From: Takakia lepidozioides
Lineage: Eukaryota; Plantae; Bryophyta
Direction: 5' to 3'
Assembly (NCBI GenBank): GCA_030704615.1
Contig: CM060731.1
Span: forward strand, 37,882,001-37,946,000
DNA length: 64,000 nucleotides
In this document: piece by piece, positions 23,666-37,338 of the stretch
Numbering within the stretch: position 1 is the first letter of the stretch
Layout of the letters: each line of letters starts with the position of its first letter
Program-made: the position numbers and the translations under genes
The notes under the pieces: generated by a model
What the model was told of the DNA's origin: nothing
Databases searched by the model: none
The model's input: only the letters and a program-made list of their open reading frames with translations

Positions 23666-26600
23666 ATGATACTCTTTTGATGTTCATTCAATTTGTACAA
23701 TAAAATCGAGGCAGATTGGCATCAAGGAATTTTGAACTAATTTGTAGATTAGAAAAGCAATTACTGCAAATCGACGTGATCACAGTAGTTATTGGAAGGA
23801 ATGTTTTTTTGGTTTTCTTTAAGGATTTTGTTTTTTGAAGAACAGGGGTAAAAGGAATTGAATATTAAAAAGTATAGATATTATTTATTTATTTTTAATA
23901 TTTGCACAATTAGCGGCCACGTGCCAACCAAGGGTTTTAATTTTTTTCCCTTCAATATATATATATATCTTTTGAATCCACCTTTGCACGGATGCATGGC
24001 TCTTATTACAGTGATCCCGGTGTGTGCGCCTTATGGTTTAATCCGGGGTTTTTATTTTTTTCCCCTTAATAACTCGTGAATAATATTAACCAGGGCTGCT
24101 ACCCCTGTTCCCCTAAAAAATAAATAAATAAAAGAATTGGTGCAATGGGAGAATATCACAATTGGCACTGGTACCCACATGATTGGGGGTCTCAAATCCC
24201 TCTACCTTGTTGGGCATGGTATTGTTTAGTTTCGTAATATTTACTAATTACTAATTTATTAATTTAGTAAGTAGTAAGTTAGTAGGTAGTAAGAGGGGGG
24301 CCATCCCTTATATACCCTCTCAAGGCGGTGGGACCCTTCTAGAAGCCCGCCGACCCGGACCTTCTAGAAGGCCCTCAACCCTACCCTACAAGACTCCCTA
24401 TTCTAAATTTGGCCAATTCCTCCCTTCTTTTTTGGACCCCCTCATCTCATTCCTTAATACAAGTAGGAAATGCCCCACTATAATTCCTGGGCCACAGTAA
24501 TTCCTGGACCACTCTAGAATCAGGGCCCGAATGAAAATTGCTCTACATATTTAGCAGAAGGGCGGAGTCGGCCTACCCTTCACCGGCGTAAAAAACCAAC
24601 CTGCCTTCGGTGCGCCACTCCCGGGAAAATCGTCATCTTACAAATTTTGTAAGGCCCTACACCTGAGCGCAAGGTGTGTCCTCCTATCCGGATGAAAACT
24701 TCCATATGAGAAGGTAACAATTTTTTAACAAATGACATTTCTAGGTCCAGCGAACGAGTTCTGAAAAAACAGATTGTTGCAGCCTGTCATACCCTTTCTT
24801 GGCATCACAATTACAACAAGACATGCATAGAGCAAAACATCTTGGGTATGTGAAACCAGCCTGCAATATTACTGATTCAGGACATGCCCTTCAAGCAAAC
24901 ATCTTGGGTATGACAAAATAATTAGCAGCAGCCTACCTTATCATGCATCAAACAAGGCATAAGGACCAGCCTGCAATTTTTCAGAGTCAAAACATGCCTC
25001 CAAGCAATCCTACTTGGGCATAATGAAATAGATTCCAGACCATTTGTACTCACCCCGAGACATGTAATCATACAAGGTGTCAAGAGAATGTGAATTCAGC
25101 CTGTCAAATTGCAACTTCAAGACTTGTACACACAAGCAACTTGAACAACCGAGATCCAGCCTCTTTGGCACATAAAAAATTCAGATTGCAGGTCATAGGC
25201 CTGATGTCATGACAAGGCCAAAACTATAGGTAGGATTCCATTACAGCTTACCATCCTCATCCTTCAAGAGGTCCATGCTAAAGCTTGCAAAGAACACCTC
25301 ACTATGATCCATCACACACCAGAAACAGGCCCGAAAGGGAGCAGGTCGGTGCCTTATCAGGCTGCCGCCATAACATTCGAGGCCACCACGTCCTTAGAGT
25401 CCCAAACCCGCCGAGGCAGCCCCCATAAAACCAGATCCTCTATGGCCCAAAGAAATTACAACCTAGCTCATTAATCCACAGGCCCTGCTGTCAAGGATCA
25501 AAAGATAGGGTATGGTCTATATGCAAGACTCAGGAGACAGGCCAGACAGGTTGAGCTGCCCCATCTACGACAGAACAACAAAAGCCAAAACATAGGCTGT
25601 AGCATGCCAAACCAGGAGCAGTCGGGTTGAATTCGGGGATGAAATCGGATGAACATGCAATCTGAATGAAAAATATAGGTGCCGTTGTCTTTTACATGTT
25701 TCAACAAACGACACACGAAAACCATAAATTCTCTCCACGGTAGGGGGTACTGGATTTGGGTGGTGTCCAAGCAGGTTGACCGCCCGCATGGCAGCCCATG
25801 GGGTGTCCAGGCAGGTCAACCACCCACGTGATAGGTTGGACGACCTTTTAGAAAATGCCCCATCCAACCTAGAAATTTGCTCTGAATCATAATTTGTTTT
25901 TGGCAGTGTACTTTACATTGGAGCAAAGCATAGACTGACCGTAGGAATTTTGATGCCAAGTAGAATTTGTAGACATTTTAGGAGCCTTGGTTCGCTACAA
26001 CAAATTGGGGAAATCTACCCCCCAAAACTTCACGTACAAAGCACCTCCCTTAAATTTTAGGTCTTTCACTCTAAAATTTTAAGAGAGCACCTTCTATGTG
26101 CCCCCTAATTGCAAATCTGGAGGCCATTCACTCAAGAGAACTATGGATGTAGAAAAATTCAATGCATAGTCAAACCATTTTTGTCATGTAATTTTCATTT
26201 GGGTTCCGATTCTTGTCAGTTCTTTTTATTGTAATCTCCCATTTGCAACGGTCAAACCTGCCCAGATTTTGTGCTATTTTTTTGCAAAAGTGAAAAAAGT
26301 TAGCTGCTCCTTTTAAGACCACACTATGCGATGGCATTTAGCCTTCCAATGTGTGTCCTTCCACCACACACATTGGAAGGCTATGTGTGCGCATCAGAAG
26401 TCTCTAGGAAAATGGGGAAATTGGGAAAAAAAAAAAACCCATTTTGTCATAGACGCTCATTTATTTTTTATTTTTTTTCCAATGGATATCTAAGAAATTA
26501 CTACACTGTAGACTCAATTGTGAAATAGTTTTGCAATTTTTTTATCGTGAGCACATATTCGTTTCAGCATAATAGATTCTCTAAATATTCCTACAGTATG

Positions 26601-27001
26601 GAGAATATCATTTTCTGATCGCGGTGGCATGCTACCCAACTTCTAGGAAACTCACTTATGTGCCAATCGGGCACCACATCAGGAAATGCGTCGCAATCCC
26701 GGGCAGTCGCTTACAGCTGTCAAGTGGATTTTAATATTAGTTAAATTAACTAGTTCACTAGTTAAATTGAAACTAATTAATTTATTAGTTAGTATGAAAT
26801 TATATAGTTTAAGATAGCTAGTGTGAAACTAGCTAGAAAATAATTAGTTGTATTGATTGCCCAAGTGTCAATCCAGGGCCCAAAGTTAATAATGGGCCCT
26901 GGGGGGTTTTACCCTCACGGCAGACGCGGTGAAGCTCATCTTTTTCTAGTGATAAAAAAAACAAAACGTAAGCTCACACGAGCTCACACAAAAACCATCA
27001 C

Positions 27002-30000
27002 TTTATTTTTATTTTTTATTTTTTTTGGAATGGGAACAGAGCCCCAGTTAATCAAATTAATAAAAAAAAGTACACATAAGTGGAAAAAATAACCACTAGG
27101 GAGGCCGTGAAGGCTTACTGAGGGGAAACCACCCCGGAACCTTAGCGAACAAGCTACTGAGCAAGTAAGGGAGCAGGGGATGCAAGAAGAGAAATAGTGG
27201 GAGAGAGTGAAGAAGAAATGGCCATGGGAGACTATTAAGCATCTGGACTGCCCAGGAAAACATCAGAAGGTCTGCAGGCCGAGTGAGAAAAACTGACAAC
27301 GGAATAGAACTAGAGAGATAGAGGTATGTGAAGGAGCGCTCTATAGAGAGGCGAGCTGGAGGAGAGGCTGGAGCTGAAGCCGGCACAGGCCCTCCGGGGA
27401 GTAAGCAAGCCTTAAAGCCGCCACGTCCAGAAGGTGCATGGTTGTTACTGCCGGATTGATTTATCAACGACGCATTGTGTCCCCTAGAGATCGTGGAATA
27501 GCGGATAGGAATCAGAATTTGAGCTGAGTCCTTGATTTGTTGTCTCTTGGCTTCTTGTGGCGCCAGTTGAATTCGGTGTCATCCCCCTCACCAGGGGACT
27601 TCCCATTGTGAGGGGATGGCGACATTCCAGGTAAAGTTTGTGTCGGTAACACTGGTGCCGACAAGTTGTTTTTGCCCCAGGTGTGCTTGAAAGCTTGAAG
27701 CAGCTGCCTCCCCCGCTGTTCTGAAGTTCTGGGAAGAGCTGCACACACAACTTCAAAAGCCTTCCTTCCCTCAGTTAGCAGGTCTTGGTATGTACAAAAC
27801 AACACAGATCTGCCACTGAGAGCTTTCCCCTCATACACCCAAGCACAACGCATTTTCCACAAATTCCATAGTGTTAGTGCTTTGAGGGCGGCCCACACAG
27901 GGCAGGAGATCTGAGATCTTGTAGCCATGCGAGCAATAGAGGAGGAGGGGGTGAAGGGAGGGGAGTCCAAATGGAGTAGAAGGAGAGAACAATTCGCCAG
28001 ACACTCCTAGATATATTGCAAAAGAGGAGGGAGTGGTCAATGGTCTCTGGCTCCGAATTGCAGATAGGGCAAAGGGGCTGGTCTTCATGAGTTTTAAATC
28101 TGACAGGCAGAATCTTGTGCACCAGTCTCCATAGAAACCCGGAAACCTTTGCCGGGCGGTCTTTCCTCCAGATATCTTTCCAGATCCTGTTCCAGTCATA
28201 TTGAGATAGCTGGTAATTCGGCCACTTAGTGCACCATATGGCATGGAAGGATCTCGTAGGGTTGAGGAGGTTGTACCCCAATTTGACCGTGTAAGCGAAA
28301 AAGGATGAGTGTTTTTTATCCATCCACTTCCACTCCCCCGGGTCGAATTGCAGATCCGCCAGTGGGCATTTGAGGAACCATACAAAAGCATTGTGAACTG
28401 CCCATTCAACCTCTTGCCCTTGGGGGGGAATCGGGTTGCAACCACCTTTGGCATCCAGAACCCTTATAGGAACCAGGTGTTTTTTATCCGTCTCCGTAGA
28501 GCCCCGATAGAGAAGGTTGCCTTCAATGTCAGCTTGGAATTTCAGGCCAAAGGCCAATCCATCTCTGAAAGCCAACACTAGAATCACGAGTGGGGGGTTT
28601 TCATTGAAGGAAGCCATGACAGTGGGGTTTGACAACACAATAGATCCCCAAGCCCTAGCTCTTCTTGATCCCACAATCGTGGCTACCTCTTCTGCAGACA
28701 AGAAGTGATTGTTTGCCCTGGTATTTGCTAGGTGGGTAAACCCATGGCTTTCCCAGAAGACCCACCGTGGGGCTTGGTCAATTAGCACTGTAGCGTCCAT
28801 ATTGCAGTTTGCAAACAGCGGCTGTCTTAGACATTCATGGGTAGTTGCTGGCATTCTCAGAGTGAGCCATCCTTTCATTGCCTGCCATGCCTTCCAAATG
28901 GTTTTCCACGCACAAGAGCCCAGACTTGCTCTAGTGTTTCGTCCCTGCACTATCCACCGGAGTGACTGTGCCCATAGGGAGGAGGTGTTGGGTATGGATC
29001 CCATCAGATAGGGTTGCACCAGTTTGCTCCAGGGGCTGCTTGTGTGCTTGATTGCTTTGGCGACCCATTTAGCCAACAGTCCATGCGTTTGTTTCCCTGG
29101 GTCAATTATCCCCAAACCTCCCTTGCTTTTTCTGGCATAGTTGGTCCCAAGAGACCTGGGCACGTCTGACAGGCGATGCGGCAGTGGCACCCCAAAGAAA
29201 ATTGCGAGCAAGGGCTTTTATCTCTTTTGTGACTGCTGGACCAGGGTTCCAAACCATCGAGTAGAACCATTTAGTGGCTAACAACACTTGGTTCAGCACC
29301 AAGGCTTTTCCAACAATTGACAACATTGCAGAGCTCCAAAATGCGAGCTTCTTTTTAATCTTGGAAATGACCTCCTTCATCCTATCATGCGGGGTCAAAT
29401 TATGACCCACTTGATGGCCCAGCAGCTTATGAGATTCTCCATCCTTCAGCCAGGTCAGTCCAAGATTGTCTCCCCAAGGATGGCAGTGGCCTGCTGTAGC
29501 TCTCGCCTGCAAGATAGAGAGGATGCCCACTGATTTGCCCCAATTGACTTTAAGATCGGAGGCAAAGGCAGAAGGTCTGAAGCGCATTGAGGGCCAAATC
29601 GATGTTGGCCCTATTTGAATTATCCAAGAGAAGGGATGTATTGTCGGCATACATCGAAGTTTTGAGCATTTCTGGCAGTATGGTAGGCAGACAAAGCCCC
29701 AGTATATCTTGTCTCCGATCAAAGAGATGGCCCAATGAGTCAGCTGCAATGAGGAAGAGAAATGGTGCCAATGGGCAGCCCTGCCGCACTGATTTGGTGA
29801 TTGGGAAGGAGGGCGAGATGATCCCGTTGACCAGCACCCTGCTGGATGCTGAATGCAATAAGATGTGAACCCAAGTGGTGAACGGTCCTCCCAAGCCCGA
29901 TTTTTCCAGAGCCCTTAGAAGGAAGTTCCAGTCAATAGAGTCGAAGGCCTTTTCAAAATCTAGCATCAGATAAGCCAGTGGCTGGTTGTTTATTTTGGCT

Positions 30001-33000
30001 CTGTGAAGGGCCTCATAAGCCAGCAAGACGTTATCCAATATCATACGATCTTTAAGGAATCCTGTTTGATCACTCCTTATAATCTTGGGAAGAAGGGGCT
30101 GCAGCCTCAAGGCCAATGCCTTTGCCACAATCTTGTAAGTGGAGTTGAGTAATGTGATGGGACGATAGTTGGCCACACTATCTCTTTGTCCCTTTTTAAA
30201 AATGGGGGTGACCAGCCCTTCCGAGATTTGAGATGGCATGATTTTCTTCTCCAGTATATCATTGGCCATTGTCAGGAAATCTGCACCTATTGTGCACCAC
30301 AAGGCTTTGAAAAATTCAATGGGGAGTCCATCCATGCCAGGGGATTTCATTGATGCCATTGTCTCCACGGCCCTGCCCAGCTCCTCTGTTGTAAAAGGGG
30401 CAGCAATATCCGCCTTGTCAGCCTCAGAAAGCACGCAGGGGATGTGTTGAAGGAGGGTCTGTTTTGCCCTGTCCCTGTCTGGCGAGTCTTGCTGTCTGCG
30501 AAAGAGCTCCTCAAAGTAACCTGCAGCTATTGCTGCCATTCTCTTTGTGGATAGCCCCGAGGCAGGGTCCAGTAAGGTTGGGACCATAGTGGCAGACCTC
30601 CTTTGGGCGGCTTTGATGAAGAAATACCTTGTCATTTTTTCACCTTTGAGCGACCAATTCACCCTTGCCCTCACCCGCATGAATTGCTCAGTAACTGGGA
30701 GAGATTCCGCTTTGCTTTGACATAGGAGGTCATTGTGCAGGGGCCCTCATGCCTGGTTTGGAGCTGGAACTGACACACTTCCAAGCATTTAGTTAATGCT
30801 TTCTACCTGCGGTTATCATCCTCTGCCTTTTTCCTTGAAATGTCGTGACATAAGTTCCTAAGAATGCCCAGCTTCGATAAGAAGATGAGAGTAGGAGAGG
30901 AGAAGGGCACGTCTGCAGCTTGCCAAGCCTCTTGCAGCTACTGTATGACCGTCGGATCCTTTAACATCATTGGGTTGAGTTTGAAAAACCCCCTACCCTT
31001 CTTTCTGGACCCCGGTGTTCCAAGCAAGATAGAAATTGCCGAGTGATCAAACCCTGGCATAATTGGCTGGATTGGTATTCTTCTAATCCAAGAGAGGAGG
31101 GTGGGGGTGGCATAGAAGCAATCCAGTCGGCTTGGCAGAGATCTGGCGGAGTCCAGTTGTTGGACCATGTATGTTGGAGCTCTCTAGGAAGCGGTGCAGT
31201 GGCGTCCAGCAGACCCACGGCAAGACACATTGAGTCCCAGGTGTTTCTTTCCTCCGTGGAGATTGTGTGCGAGGAGAGCCCCTGTCTGTCACATTCATCT
31301 TCCACCATATTCATGTTCCCCCCACTTAGCCAGTGTTGAATGTGAGAATGGTTTAACAGTTTGTCCCTAATCAAGGACCATAGTGCCACCCTTTCGTCTA
31401 GATCATTGGGTGCATAGATGTTTAGGATTCCAACAGTGCCTGATGTTTGATCCAAAGTAAGAGACAGGAATTGCAGACGACCTCTGAGCCAGATCTCATT
31501 TGCATTTATTGTGTGCTGCAAGGATGGTGATACCAAGAGTGAAGTGCCTCCCCTGGAGTCCATGATTGTGGGGTTCCAGTAAGCCGAAGCTGCTGGCCAC
31601 AGAGAACCTCCGAGGGAGTCAATTTTGGATTGAGTGAGCTTGTGTTCTTGTAGAAAGAAGATCCCCTAATGTAGTTAGAGGCCCAGTTTCTTACTCGAGC
31701 CCTTTTGGGTGCTGAGTAATCAGAGCCCAAGCCTCTAACGTTCCATGAGCAAAAAGAGATATTCATGAGAGGGAGGGTGGGAGGCCCTTGGGGTTGCCAA
31801 GATTTGATGGCCAAGACGGTGTGTAGAAAAATTTAGAACGTCTGTCAGCTGGTAGCAGGGTAGACACCCATCTGAACCCCGTAGGAGCTTTGTGCATGAA
31901 GTGAAGTTTCCAGGTGAATACATTCACGGTTTTTTTCCTTTTGCTAGAAAAGCCCTGACAGATAAAACGATGGTTGCTGTCCTTTTGCAGCAAGAACCCT
32001 TCTGCAGAGAGGTTCCATGAGAGAGTAGAGGAGAGGAGAAGCAATGCTGGGGGGGAGGAACGTAGGGTGCTACTGTCCCAGCCAGGGGGCAGTCTTTGCA
32101 CGAGAGGGGGGCGATCCAGAAGGAGAGTCCAGACCCTTTTATGATTTGTAGCATGAGGAACAAAGAAGAAGAGGGGGGTCCAAGCATGATGGGGAGTCAT
32201 GCTTACCGGGGGGGGCGACTCGACAGTCTCTTCCGGCAGCAGAAAGGTAATGTTGTTTTCAGGCAGCACATTTGTTGATGAGTTGAAGTTGTTATCTACT
32301 CTCAACACCAGCTCACGATGATTGTTCACTTCAGGGGCTGGAGCGACTCCTTTCAGCTTCTGCATGTTGTAGTGCTCCTCTGCCAGATGGAATCCCTCCT
32401 CAAAAAATCTTATGCTTCTGGCCCATTCGGTGGGATCCTTCACCCTGCAAGACAAATAAGATTTGCATACCCAAAGCCAAGAATTGTGGTTCCCCGTGGT
32501 TTCCAAATCCCTATCGTACAAAACTGGCATCACATGCACAATTGCTAAGTCGGGATGCAAGATATTCTGCTCAACCATGATTCCAATGTGTTGAATATGT
32601 GAGAGAGTCAGGTTCGATTAGGGAAGTAGTCATTGAGAATTTCCTGTGTAAGTGCCAGCGTTAACCCCCTTTCTCTTCCCTGGCCAAACTCTCGAGATGT
32701 GGCCTCGGAGACCCAAGCAGACAGGAAGCCCTCCTTGACAGCTGGTAGGAAAAAATTCGTGTAATCGTCGATGAATGCGTAAAGAAGGGGGGTAACACAA
32801 ATGGCTGCTTTGTCTCTTGCATAGTTAGAGCCTGGCGCCCACCCTGTCAGCTATCTTGATTTAAATGAGTGTAACTCCAGGATGGAAATCGCAAGGCTGC
32901 TGCTGTCCAGCTGTAGCAGATCAGACTCAGAGAAGGGGAAAGAGGCACAGGCTTCCATAATCCTGACAGGGAAGAAGGCTGATGGCCTATTGGGGTGGTT

Positions 33001-34380
33001 CCAAGTGGCCAGCACAACACTTCTTTTCCTTTTTTTTGAAGTCTGAGGTGCAGTCGTGGTGCCCTCCTCTGTATTTGCATTTGCAGGATCGCCTTCGTGA
33101 TTCTTAAAAGAGGTAGGTGGAGGTGGGTTTGGGAGAGGTGAGGTAGAGGTGCCAGCGTCTGAGTTAGCCATCTGTTTTCGTTTGACCTTTGGACAGTCAG
33201 CTTTCATGTGACCTTGAGCGTTACAGATGAAACATGTGACAGATAACTGCTCCTCCTTGATTGCCACGACGATGAAGGAGTCGTCCTCAATTGTAGGCAA
33301 TTTGATTGTACTGCCAATTGTGGAGGATGCTGGCATGAGCACCACAATTTTAGGGACTCCATTGTCCCTGCTGTAGTCAAAGTGCGCCGCTTCATTATCA
33401 ACGCTTAGAATTTGATCCTGGACAAGTTCGTAGACGTTGATCGCACCAATGAAGGTACCAAAGTTTGCACCAATTTCGGGGAGTGATGTGAGGTACGTTG
33501 GGGGAAGGAAGGGAATGGCAATTACCCTCGGTTTCCACATTACACCTTGTTTATGCCCCCAGTCGTGAGTCCACGGGAAGATATGAACTTTGGCCACAGA
33601 GTGCTGGGTGTTGAAGCGCATGGCATTATCTGCTTCGGAGGGAGAAGCGAACAAGATGGCATGAAAGCCAGGACCCATGTTAATGCAAAAATGCTGCGAC
33701 AGGCCTCCATCTCAAGCCCGACATTATCAAAATCAAGCACCACTTCATAAGATTTTCAGAAGAAAGCTCAGTTGGGAAAGTTTTGGTGTTCTACTACCCA
33801 GCGACGCACCCCTAGAGAGCTGCTTCCCTGGGAAGTAAATGAGCACTCCTCGCTGAGACAACTTTTGCGTTTGTGCTTTGAGTTTTTCAATGTTGAGTTT
33901 GAGCACAGGTTGCTCCATTTGCACCGGAGCCAACGAATCCTCCCATGGCGTATCTGATGGCATTGGGGATTGCAGTAGGATGTTGGAGGTGGGACCCTTC
34001 CCCAAAATAGAGGCCCTCGATGCTTCCGCAGAGCTGTTTTTCTTTTGCCATGAAAGTTCTTGCCTCTTCCGTGATAGGAAGAACCGCCTCGCTTGGATCG
34101 CTTGATACTTGTTCCTTTGGGCTCCATTTGGTACTGCAGGTTAGGGAGACACAGGCACAAGGAGGCAAAAACGAGAGCAGTGCGATGCAACAAAGAAGAC
34201 TGTGAGCTGAGCACGAAGCCTGAGGCCTAACGAATGCGGCTTTGGCAGCAGGAAGTGCCACCCAAGTTTAGCATGAATTGAAAGAGAAAGTGTAAGGCAA
34301 GTCAGAATAGAGTAGTATGATAGGGAGGGAGTCAGAGACTTTCTTGCAGTTCGAGCTGGAAGTAGAGCCATGGCGGCGAT
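27002..34380 (-). mobile_element. Near full-length, inactivated L1/Tx1-like LINE
   Basis: ORF1 pieces (~31763-34200) carry the zinc knuckle CFICNAQGHMKADC. ORF2 pieces include an APE endonuclease (SWNVRGLG, NIYAPN, SRLDCF..DH), an RT at 29550-30680 (KSPGMDG, NYRPITLLN, DFEKAFD, RQGCPLAP, YADN instead of YADD) and a C-terminal CPIC..ETIDH..C. There are several frameshifts and stops. The T-tract at 27002-27026 is the poly(A) tail. The 5' boundary is approximate. Confidence 0.9.
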
Positions 34381-36144
34381 GTAATGAAAGATGCCTTACC
34401 ATTTGTTAATATAGTAAATGCGACTCCATGGCATGCAGTTGTGGCTTGACCAACCCCCAAAATCCTGTTATTAGCTGAATGTCAGCAGAGTGGTCTTGAC
34501 AGTGGGGGGAGGAGCGCCGCCTTGTTCAGTGTGCATTTACGGACAGCGGTGGGGGCTGGGGAGTGTGAGAGATATATTTTTTCCATTTATGCAACATATG
34601 TTGTAGAAGCCAAAGTAACTCTGACGAGTAGGAGTACGAGATAGTCCTCATGTGGGAGATGAAAGCCCATGCCACGGATGGCATCATCCTCAACATTCGT
34701 AGAGAAGAGAGAGAGAGGGAGATGGGAGGGCAGCGAAAAACGCCGAAGTCCCGAGGCTCTCTCACCGCAAATTGCGGAGCCCCCATCTAGGGTTTCGCTC
34801 AAAAAATTTGGACCATTTCTCGATTTGTGCGTATGTAACGTTCCAATTGTATCATATGTCTCCAAAGAGACAAAAGGATTCCGTAACCGGGCTTTATTAA
34901 GTCAAGCCTAGCACGCCCCACCCCACACCATGGGCCCTCACTCTACTGCAATGCCATAGCTTGCCAGAGGTGTGGCTAACTAGTGTGTACCGCACATATG
35001 TAATGTGTGGATTGGACAACGATATAATTGTGTAGCAATATGTATGCGCACGACAGAGCCCTTAGTGAATGCCATGGTGTGGAGGCATTCCCTCCTACAC
35101 AAATGGAAAACAATAGGAATAATGTAAGAACTTAATGCACGCGTGTAATTGACGCTACTTTAGGCTCCCAGGTGGGGGGAGATTTGGCATGCCGGAACTG
35201 GCGTGCCGACCTGTCAGATATCGCAAGTGTGAATTAAGTTCTTTACATTATTCCTAGTGTTCTCCCATGACACAAACAACCTTGTTGGTGTATTTTGAGA
35301 ATTAAAATAAAACAAATTTGTTTTTCCCTGGTGATATAAGTGATAGCCCAATCTAATGAAGTAGGGTGGCTCATCATGGTTATCTTTCCTTTTCTTTGTT
35401 TTGTTTTTCCTTCAGCTTTCCATAGCTTACAATGATCTCTATCACTCCGTCCGCCCTTTTCAACAAAAAACAAAAATCTTTATCAGCCTCTATGGCATTC
35501 TACCGAGGTTACTTTTTCCTTATGTACTAACTGCTGGGACAACTTGTCTCCCTTCTTTTATAAATTTCCAGGGTGTCCATTCTCCATTCCTTTACAAAAA
35601 AGAAAGGACGGTAACAGTCAGAATCTAGAAATTGATCATAAGGGGTGAAAGAGTGGAGGGTGAGAGAAGGATGAGCGGGAGTGATGAGGGACAAGCAAGA
35701 GAGAAGGACGGTGGTAGACTAAATTAGTGTAGTGTAGTGGAGGATTGTCGGTAGCAAAGCCGAGCTCGGATCCATGGCGGACGAGCGAGCGGCGGCGTGG
35801 TGAGGAGGAGAGGAGGGGGAGGTTGGGGAAGAAGGGGTGAGGAAGGAGGAGAGAGGAGGGAGGGAGGAGTATACATTCATCCATGCAAGCAGGTGCAGGT
35901 GCAAGAGAGGGCGAGGCCGTTGGTGAGGCGCTACAGCGGGGCAATACCTTACCTGCGGTTGTGGATGCTGGCCAACTACCAGTGCAGCGGGGCAGGGGAA
36001 GTGGCAGACTAGGAAAGAGAGGGGGAGAGTTTGGAAGGAGTGGGAGAGAGGGAGGAGGGCAGGGCAGGGCGGGGACCGGGTGCATACAAATCATCACACA
36101 AAGTGGGAGGGAAATATTGTATCATCGGGTTCAGGCCGCCCGTA

Positions 36145-37338
36145 ATGTTCTCCAGAGGGTAAGTGAGGGAGAGCGTGGGTGGGTTCAGGGCAGGAAAAGC
36201 AAGGCTGCCTAGATGAGATGAGTAGTAGGTAGGTGTGTAGGAAGAATATAGCAATACAACCTCGCAGCCTCGCTTTTCGTTGTTGCGCAAGGGGGCTGGC
36301 TAGGGCGTCCCATTATGGTGATTGATGCTCACTAGCTATGCATCAGTGTAACCCTATTTTGAGAAAATCATGTGAGCAACCAGCATCGCTCTATTGATGC
36401 GGTTGGTAGCCTCTTGAAACCTTCTTGTCTTTTGGGGTCCTCAATTAAGCTTGTCTGGATCTGTTATGTGTAGTGTAGTGTAGGGATGTTTGAAAAACAG
36501 AGGGAGGAAGAACGTGTGCTTGAGAATTCAGGCTTGAGTCAGGGAGGGGGAGGGTAAAAACACATATTGACTGGTGGGTGGGATGTTGTTGGGGCTGGAA
36601 TGAAGGACATATTGGGGGGGTGCGGATGCATACGAGGTGGGGTCCAAAAGGCAGCGCCTGATTGATGGGAGCGCCACGCTGCTGCTGGGGCAGCCTAGGC
36701 CGCTGCCAGTAGTGCGCTTGCGGGGGCTGCCCTTTAACTGTAGCGAGAGTGATGTGTTTGAGTTCTTTGCGGGGCTGGATGTGGTGGATGTGCTGCTGGT
36801 GCGCAAGCACGGCCGCTTCTCAGGTGAAGCATTTGTAGTGTTCGGTGCCCCCATGCAGGTGGACTTCGCGCTGCAGAAAAATCGTCACAACATGGGGCGG
36901 CGCTACATTGAGGTCTTCCGATGCAAGAAGCAAGACTACTACCACGCTGTCGCTGCAGACGTGGCGGAACCCAAATCAGAGGATAGCCTCCCTCTCCCCA
37001 TGCCCAGCATCACTTCAAGTGGTGGAGGCAAGCTTCCCTCTGAGAAAGATCATCTGGAACACACCGGTGTCTTGAAACTCAGAGGTCTTCCTTTCTCTGC
37101 ATCCAAGCGTGACGTAATGGAATTTTTCAGGGGGTTCGTGCTCTCGGAGGAGAATGTGCACATTGTGGTACATGGTGATGGGCGAGCCACCGGAGAAGCC
37201 TTCGTTGAATTTAACAGCCCCGGCGAGTCGAAGGCTGCGATGAACAAGGACAAGATGACTCTGGGAAGTCGGTATGTGGAGCTCTTTCCGTCCTCGCGAG
37301 ATGATGCTGCACGCACTGCCAACAAGCAAAGATTATGA
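36145..37338 (+). CDS. hnRNP F/H-like RNA-binding protein with two quasi-RRMs
   Basis: Micro-exon 36145-36158 (ATG TTC TCC AGA GG|gtaagt) joins 36606-37338, giving MFSRGTYWGGADAYEVGSKRQRLID. The two qRRMs read VVRLRGLPF..GEAFV..MGRRYIEVF and VLKLRGLPF..GEAFVEF..LGSRYVELF. A possible extra in-frame upstream exon lies at 35774-35799. Confidence 0.92.

Noticed and set aside
24775-25210. CRISPR-like array
   Set aside because: Eukaryotic context, repeats short and degenerate, spacers related to each other, and no cas genes.
35888-35908. aggtgcaggtgcaa resembles a miR530/miR1030 target site
   Set aside because: The part pairing with the miRNA 5' end mismatches, and the site is probably intronic.
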